A stretch of 64,000 nucleotides of DNA from Ascoidea asiatica JCM 7603 (lineage: Eukaryota; Fungi; Ascomycota): positions 429,993 through 493,992 of the forward strand of contig BCKQ01000005.1 of the NCBI GenBank assembly GCA_001600695.1, given 5' to 3'. The translations under genes were made by a program, and so were the position numbers. Each line of letters starts with the position of its first letter. The stretch's first letter is position 1. The notes below the pieces were generated by a model, which worked only from the letters and a program-made list of their open reading frames with translations, was not told the DNA's origin and ran no database searches. This document shows positions 34,978-43,900 of the stretch, in pieces.

Positions 34978-37900
34978 ATGTCATTAATATCAAATACTGA
35001 AAAAATTGATACTTTTGCAAAAATTTTATCCTCAGAAGAAACTGATATAAAATTGAAAATTAAAACATTATCTGAATTATGTGAAATAACTGAAACTTTT
35101 AATACTTCAAATGAATATAATCATTTTTTAAAAAAATTAATACCGATATTTTTCAATTTATTAAATATTATTCCAATTAATAATTATTTATATTCAAATC
35201 AACATAAATTAAGACATTATATTTTTGAAATTTTTCAAAGATGTTTAATGAATGATTTATTTAAAATTTATTCAATTGATTTATTAAATTTATTAATGAA
35301 TTTAATCAAATTAGAAAATGAAGATAATTCAATATTAATTTTACAAATTTTAATTAATTTGCATAAATCTTATAAATCTGATTTAAATATATATTTGAAT
35401 CCATTTATTGATTTAATAATTCAAATTTATAAAAATGTTCCAATTTTAGTCAATGAAACTTTTAATAAAAATGTTCAAATTTTAAATAAAGATAATTTAA
35501 ATTCAAACACAATTAAAATTAATCAATCTAATCAAGATAAAATTGTTATTTCTGAAAATAATTCAAATGATACTGTAATGGATGAAATAAATGAGGATCC
35601 TAACGAAAATAATAATAATAAAGATAATCAAGAGAATAATAAGGAGAAAAATAATAACAATAATAATACTAATAATGATAATGACAATAAGGATCAAAAT
35701 AAGAACAATAGTAAGAACGACAATAATAATGACAATAATAAAAATAATAATAATGATACTGACAGTAAACTACAACCTTCAAATCAATTACTATCTCTTT
35801 CTTCTCCAACTCCTGTTCTTACTCCAACTCCAAATCAAACTCCAGGCCCAATATTAACTCAAGTAAATACTCCTAATACTCCAAATCCAAATCCAAATCC
35901 GAATGCAAATTTAAATTCAAATTCAAATATGAACACTAATTCGGATTCTCAATTTTTGAATATATCTCCAAATGCAATGCATTCTTTCAAATTAGTAGCT
36001 GAATGCCCAATTTCCACCGTAACTTTATTTTCTTCTCATAAACAATTAATTCAATCAGATTTACCAAGAATAATTCCATATATTATTGACATTTTAAAAT
36101 TACAAGTCAATCATCAAAAAAATTCAAGATTATTATCGGAATTAAATGGTAAAAAATTTACTTCAGTTTCAAACTTAATTAAAAATAGAAAAAATTATTC
36201 TGATTTTATTGCTGTTCAAGTAAAATCTGCTTCTTTTTTAGCTTATGTATTTATAAGAGGTTATTGTCAAGAAATTTTAAAATCTTATAATTCAATAATT
36301 CCTGATCTAATTTTAAGATTATTACAGGATTGCCCAAGTGAATCAAGTGCTTCAAGAAAAGAATTACTTCATGCAACTCGTCATATGCTATCAACAACTT
36401 CAAGAGATTTATTTATACCAAAATTAGATCTATTTTATGATGAAACAATATTAATTGGTGATGCTTTAACTTCTTATGAAACTTTAAGACCTTTAGCGTA
36501 TAGTATGGTTGCTGATTTCATTCATACTATTAGAACTGAATTAAATCCAACTCAAATTAAAAAAACTGTAATAATGTTTTGCTCAAAATTATGTGACAGT
36601 TCTTTAGCAATCACAGTACAAGTAATGAGTGCAAAATTATTATTGAACTTAATTGAAAATATTAGAAAATTAGAAAATAAATCTCATTCAAGACAACTAT
36701 TTATGTTGATTATTAATGCTTTTACAAAAAGATTCCAAATTTTAAATAATGATTACAAAAGTATCATTAAAAGAAATAAAGAATATGAACTAAAATTAAT
36801 TCAAATTGAGAAAAAACATTCAAATTTTAAAAATAATTTTGACCCAAATAATAATAATATTAACAATAAAGTTAAAAATATTGACTTAGATAACGATGGA
36901 GTTGAAAAATTAATTCAAAAAGAAAAGGAAGTAGAGGTAGAGTTAGAATTAGAACTGGAATTAAATCAAAAATCAATTCAATCAAAAAATAAAGTAGAAA
37001 ATCACAATAGAAATGATAATTATGATAATAATGAAAATAATAATAAAGATCTTGATGATTCTGGTGATATTAAAATGACTGATGTATCTGAAGCTAACTC
37101 AAACAATAAAAATGAGCCCAAAACAAATGAAGAATCAAAAAATTCTAAAAATTCTATAATAGATAATAAAATTGAATTAGATGATATTTTAACTTATAAA
37201 GAACTTCTCAAACATTCTCCAGTAATACTTTTCAATCAAAATCAGAAATCAACTGAACCTTTAAAAGAAGCAAAATATATTTTTAAAACACTTATGAACT
37301 ATCTTAAAAATATAATGATCTGTCTTAAACAATCAAACCCCCCTCCTTCATCCCCAGATTACAATCAAATATTTTGGAACCAATTTGCTTGCTCGTTTTC
37401 TTATGAAGAAGTAAATATTTTCACAAAACTATTCAAAGAAGCTTTAGTTGGTATGAGGTTTTTTCAATCATCTAATCCCTCTTTACTCGAGGATGAAGAA
37501 GCAAATAATCAATCCTTTACTTTAAGTTCAAAAGCTTTCACAATGTCAACAACTAAAGAAGAAAAAGAAATAATGGAAATGTTTTGCTCTATATTCAGCA
37601 GTATTGATTTAGCCACTTTTAATGAAATTTGTCAAGAAATGATGGAAACTTTGTATCAAAATATTCTTTTAAATCCCTCACTTTTACATATTCCTCAATC
37701 TTTTTTACTAAAAGAATTAACTTCCGCTAATTTCACTGGATTATTGATCAGCTTTCTTAAAACAAAACTAAAAGATTTAGGAGAAATAAATTTATTACGT
37801 TCAAATGTTTTGATTCGTCTATTCAAACTTACCTTTTTGACTGTTCATGTATCGAATAACAATGTCAATGAAAGTGTTTTAGTACCTCATTTGAATGACT

Positions 37901-40900
37901 TAATTCTAACCTCTTTAAAATTAGCCTCGGTTTCAAAGCAACCTATTGCTTATTTTTATGTTATTAAATATCTATTCAAAAATATTGCAGGAGGAAATTT
38001 CTACAAAGAATTTATGCCTTTATTGAAAATGTTGTTGGAATATTTTAATAGAGCAATTGATTCAGCTAAATCCATTCATGAAAGAGATGTATACGCAGAG
38101 TTGTGTTTATCAGTTCCTGTACGCTTAAGTGTTTTAGTACCTCATTTATTTCATTTAATGAGACCATTAGTTTACGCTCTTAATGGGTCTTCAGATTTAG
38201 TTTCTCAGGGATTAAGAACTTTGGAACTTTGTGTAGATAATTTAACATCAGAATATTTTGACCCCATAATAGAACCTGTTATTGGAGACGTGATGAAGGC
38301 TTTATGGGGTCATCTCAAACCATTACCATATCCACATCAAATAAGTCATACAACTGTAAGAATATTAGGAAAACTAGGTGGAAGAAATAGAAAATATATT
38401 CAAAATGTTCAAGACCTATCACCTGCCACAGATGTGTTTCAAGAGGTTTATGCGAACTTTAAGATAAACGGGTTTCCTTCAGATGCTAAAATATCTGTTA
38501 CTCCTGGGGTTGAAGCTGCATTATCACTTTTGAACACTGATGATGTATCTGAAGAATTTTCCGAGTACAAACTTAATGCATACTACTATATCAGAGCTTT
38601 GATAAAATTATTCATAGATTTTGATGTGCCAAAGAATATCAATCAATATATTAAGGGATGTACCTCAATTATTCTTAAAAAAAAATTGGATAATACAAAA
38701 GCATTACCAGATAAACTGGTAGCTGATCCAGTTAAGTTAGAAAGACAGGAAGGACTTTTACGTGAATTACTAAAAGGTTTATTTTTGTCTATAAAAATCG
38801 AAAAGGTCTCCACAGAATCAAAAAGATTTATCAAAGGATTATGTGATCATTTTGCAATATTATTCCTTGGAGAATCAGTTGTTTCTAAAATAAAGAACGA
38901 GAGGATTTTTTCTGTTTTTGACAAGGAAGGTTCTACTTTTTTAAATGAAAAGGTAATTTTGGATGCTATAGCATTTGCATTAAGTTCTGACGACAAAGAT
39001 ATCAGAAATGAAGGTATTTCATCAATAAAGAATTTATTTAATGCAAGTGTAATATTGCTAGAGTCCTTAGATAATATTTCAATGTTTTCCTTGTTACGCT
39101 CAATGGTTTTGAGATTTATTCATGAGTGTTATGAAGAGTTATATTATAGAAAGCTTGGAGGTGTTATCGGATTAAGGACCATGTTTGAAAAATTAGGCAT
39201 TCCTGCTTCTTGGTTTGCAACCTTTCAGGGTGAATTGATAAGAAGCTTGTTTTTCGTTTTGAAAGATTCTCATTCAAATGTACCTGAAGAAGTAAGAAGT
39301 GAGACTAAGGAATTAATTTTAATGGTTATTTCCGGTTGTAATGAAGGTAGAGAGAAAGAAGAAGTTTTATCTCAGCCATTTCAAGAAATTGTTGGAGTAA
39401 TTGTTTATGATTTAGCTAATTCTAATGAAGTGGTCAGAAAAACATCTCAAGAGGCTCTTTTAGTATTATCAAAGGTTACTAGTTGCCTTGTATCTGAAAT
39501 AATTTTCCCTTGCAAAACCACTCTTCTCACACCTATTTTTGGGAAACCATTGAGAGCTTTACCGTTCCCGATGCAAATAGGTAATATAGATGCAATAACT
39601 TTTTGTTTAGGCTTAGAGGGTACGTTTCTAAAGTTTGATGAAGAGTTGAATCGATTACTTTTTGAAACTTTGCAATTGGCAAGTGCTGAAGATGAATTGC
39701 TTACGAATAATCTTACTGATCATCGAACCTTGGTTCATTTAGTTCAGTTAAGGGTAGCTTGTATCCGTTTGTTATCTGCATCTTTATCAAAACCAGAGTT
39801 CAGTTCTGCTGCCCAACAAAATCGTATTAAAATTCATATACTTGCTGTTTTTTTTAAATCGTTATGTTCTACTTCACCAGAAGTCATTGAAGCTGCACAC
39901 GTAGGCTTGAAAGATTCTCTCGATCCAAATTTTAAACTTCCAAAGGAGTTACTTCAGCAAGGTCTTAGACCAATGCTTTCAACATTGTCAGACTATCAAA
40001 AGTTAACAGTTCCAAGTTTGGGAGCTTTAGAACGTCTCTTACAATTGCTTATCACCTACTTTAAAGTTGAAATTGGTAAAAAGCTTCTTGATCATGTTAA
40101 AGCTTTTGCTCAACAAAATACATTGCAAAAAATATCTGTTACAGAACTTGAAAATAACCATATCATCAAGGTTATAGTTGCTGTTCTTAATATTTTTCAT
40201 GTTTTACCTCCCAAAGCGAATATGTATTTCGAGGAAATAATGACCACTCTAGAATATTTGGAAATGCAACTTCGAAGAAAAAAGGCATCTCCTTTCAGGA
40301 AGCCAGTTGCTAAATACCTTAATAGATTTTTTAAAGAGGGTTACCAATATTTCATTGATAAGTTCAATAAAAGATATACCGGAAACTTATTCTCAGATAT
40401 CCTTACAATGGAAGAAACTTCGAAACTTCGTTCGCTTATAAAAGAAAATATCAGTAAAATTTACGAGAATGTGTTAGGAGAATCAAACAAGAAAGTTCAA
40501 TGCTCAAAGTTCGCAAACTTAATAGATATTGTAGAAGCATTAGCAAAAACAGACACATCTTGGTTCAATGATCAGTTGGATTTACTTACCAACATATTGA
40601 AAATGTCTAAAGATGTTGCAACTTTTGAACATGAACAAGGTTTTGAAGTTGATGTTCACTTTCAGGTTGTTCAAGCTTTTGAAAAACTTCAAATTATTTT
40701 TTTGAAATTTTTTGAAAGTAATGAAAATTGTTCCGAAAATGTTTTAAAAATAATTGATTTGGTATGCTCATACAGAATCGAAATATCATTGGAGTTAGAA
40801 GACTACATTTTCACTAAAGTAGTAAAATCCAATAATGCATCTTTAAAACAAGAATATTTAGCTAAGTGTGCTAGTATGTCAATTGACAAGGTCTGTTCTC

Positions 40901-43900
40901 AGAAAACAAAAGTTTATTTATTCAAGTTTATATTGAATCCCATTTTAATCTATGAAGGTTACAAGTATAAAACTCTAGAAAAGCTCTACAAGAAAATCGA
41001 TGGCTCCACTGATCTGCCATTGTGGTTAAAATTAATCCATTCAAAAATATGGTGTGCTAATACTGATTTAATTACTGATCTTAGAGCTGGACCTATTGAC
41101 TTTTATAGAATTGAGCTTTTACAAATGACAGCTTGTTTGATAAAGTTTGCTCCAGATGCAGCAAGCGATGTTAGAAAAGATATTGTGAAGTTTTGTTGGG
41201 TTTACACTAAGTTAGATGACAGTATTACACAACAAGTTGCTTATTTAGTAACATCCTATTTTATAACTGCTTTTGCTACCCCAGTGAAAATCATTACTAA
41301 AGTCCTATTATCTCTTCTCAAATCACATTTAATTGATACAAGATATATTGTAAAGCAAGCTCTAGATCTTTTAGCTCCAGTGCTCCCTGTAAGGATGAAA
41401 GATCCTACTTTATCCTGGCTCAAACATGCTAGAAAGATATTGTCGGAAGATGGCTATAATATTCCTCAAGTTGTTACAATCTATCAGTTCATTGTTGGTC
41501 ATTCAGATTTATTTTTTCCTGTTAGAGATCATTTTATTCCAAACATTATAACTGCAATGGGAAAACTAATTCTTTTATCAAATTCAAACTCAGAAAATCA
41601 GATTCTAGCGATTGACTTGGCCCAGTTGATTGCAATTTGGGAAAGAAAAGCCATCAAAATAAAACTCGAGCAAGAAATAAAGTTTGAAGAGAACAATACA
41701 TCCAAGGACTCTGTTCTTTTACTTTCACAAATTTCTTTGAATCAGAAAGAATCTTATCTCAGTTTCCTAACAAGATATTTTGTCACTAATACTCAAAGGG
41801 TTTCTGAGACAGAAGTTGGACAACGTGCTCTAAGAGTATTATACAGTGTTTTGAGTCTTGAAGATTGGTCTCAGGTGAATATCAAGCTCCAATTTGTTGA
41901 GAGATTTTTAACACCTACAGATTTTTCAGGAAATAATGCAATTCCTTATTGTCTCAATTCGTTGGAATTTTTTTGCATTGTTCTCAAGTGGAAAAAACCG
42001 AAATGGATTATAGAAAATATAAGTTACTTGAAAACCTTATTAGATAAAAGTTTAAAATGTGAAGTTTATGAAATTCATGAAATTCTACAAAAAGCTTTAT
42101 ATATTATTTTGAATTCTATTTCATCCTATCAAACAGATAAAACTATTGAAAGTGAGGAGATGAAAGATTTCTCAAAGTTTCTTGTGGATATTGCTTCTGA
42201 GGATATATTTTCTTCATCTAACAGTAAAATTGCAGCAGGAATTTTGCTATGTTCAACATTATCTAATTTTGATCCCACACTAGTAGATTCTTTTCTTTCA
42301 GATATATTGAAGTCATTTGCAAAGTATTATAAAGAATTCCGTTCTGCGTCAAGCCAACCGCATGAAAATAACAACTACAATTCTGAATCGGATTCAAAAA
42401 CTGCTACAAAGCTTTTGGAAAAGACCATAGAAATGGGAGCTAAGAGAATAAGTATGCTAGGAGATCAGCGAAAATTACTTTTATCATTATTGACCCAACT
42501 AATCGAAGGCTCCTCGGATGAAGCTCTTTTAGAAATGATTTTGAATTTAGTGAAAAAATGGGTTTTTTCCAAGGATACTTTTCCTACAGTGAAAGAAAAA
42601 GCAGAAATTTTAAGTAGTATGCAAGGTTTTGAAGACAGAAACCTTCTAGTATTAGCCAAGAAATTTTATCAAATTATTGTTGAAATATATGAAGATGAGT
42701 CTTTAGTGTTTTCGGATCTAACCGCAAGAATGGAGGGTTCGTTTCTTTCTGGAACAAAATTCCGAGATATCACAACAAGGAGGAAGTTAATGAAAATTTT
42801 TAATAACAGTCTTGAGCCTAACTTAACAAAAATATTTTATTATATTATTACAGATCAGAACTGGGAGCATCTCAAAGATTACTATTGGATTAATCAAGCT
42901 AATCAATTGTTGTTTAGCTCTTTTGATAAAAATTTTGACTTAAAACTTTCACATGGAAATTATTATCTCAGACCATTCTCAAATTTAAGGGAAGGAGTGG
43001 ATGTAATTCCATTAGATTCTCCTGATGATTCTAAAGTAAAATCATTTGTATCAAATCATATTAACTTCTTAAATAGTATCAAGGGGGTGAAGGCAAGCGA
43101 CATATTATTACCACTCATCGAATTATCATATTTTAGTAATGATACTGCTCATGGAATTTGGCTTCAATTATTTCCCTTATGCTACAAAACGATTACTATG
43201 AAGGAAAAAATTGAAGAAAGAATCGAGGAAAAAATTGATTTCATGGGACAATTATCCGTTCTTTTTTCTAAACCTTATTATCAATCTTCATCGAGGCCCA
43301 ATGTAATTTTGTCGTTCTTAGAAGCTATTGGAAGATGTCCTGATCTTCAATTACCACCTCAGTTAGTTAACTATTTAGGAGAAACTTATAATAGTTGGTA
43401 TCAAGCGCTTAAGATTCTTGAGGCTAACAATAATAATTCCTCGGTTGACAACTCAAAAGTTCATGAAATAAATCAGGATGCACTAATTGAGATTTATTCC
43501 TCTTTACAGGAGGATGACATGTTCTACGGACTATGGAGGAGACGAGCTAATTATCTAGAAACGAGTTCTGCTTTGTCGTTTGAACAGATTGGTTTATGGG
43601 ACAATGCTTTACGTAAGTATGAAGAAGCTCAAATAAAGGCAAGGAGTGGTGTTCTTCCATATGGTGAGTCTGAATACTCCCTTTGGGAAGATCATTGGAT
43701 TTTATGTGCAGAAAAATTGCAACAATGGGATGTTCTAACGGAACTCGCTAAACACGAAGGGTTCACTGACTTGCTCTTAGAATGTGGCTGGCGAGTGGCA
43801 AGTTGGACAGAAGATAAAGAACCTCTAGAGAATTCTGTAAGAGCAGTGATGGATGTTCCAACTCCAAGAAGACAAATATTTCAAACATTTTTATGTCTCC

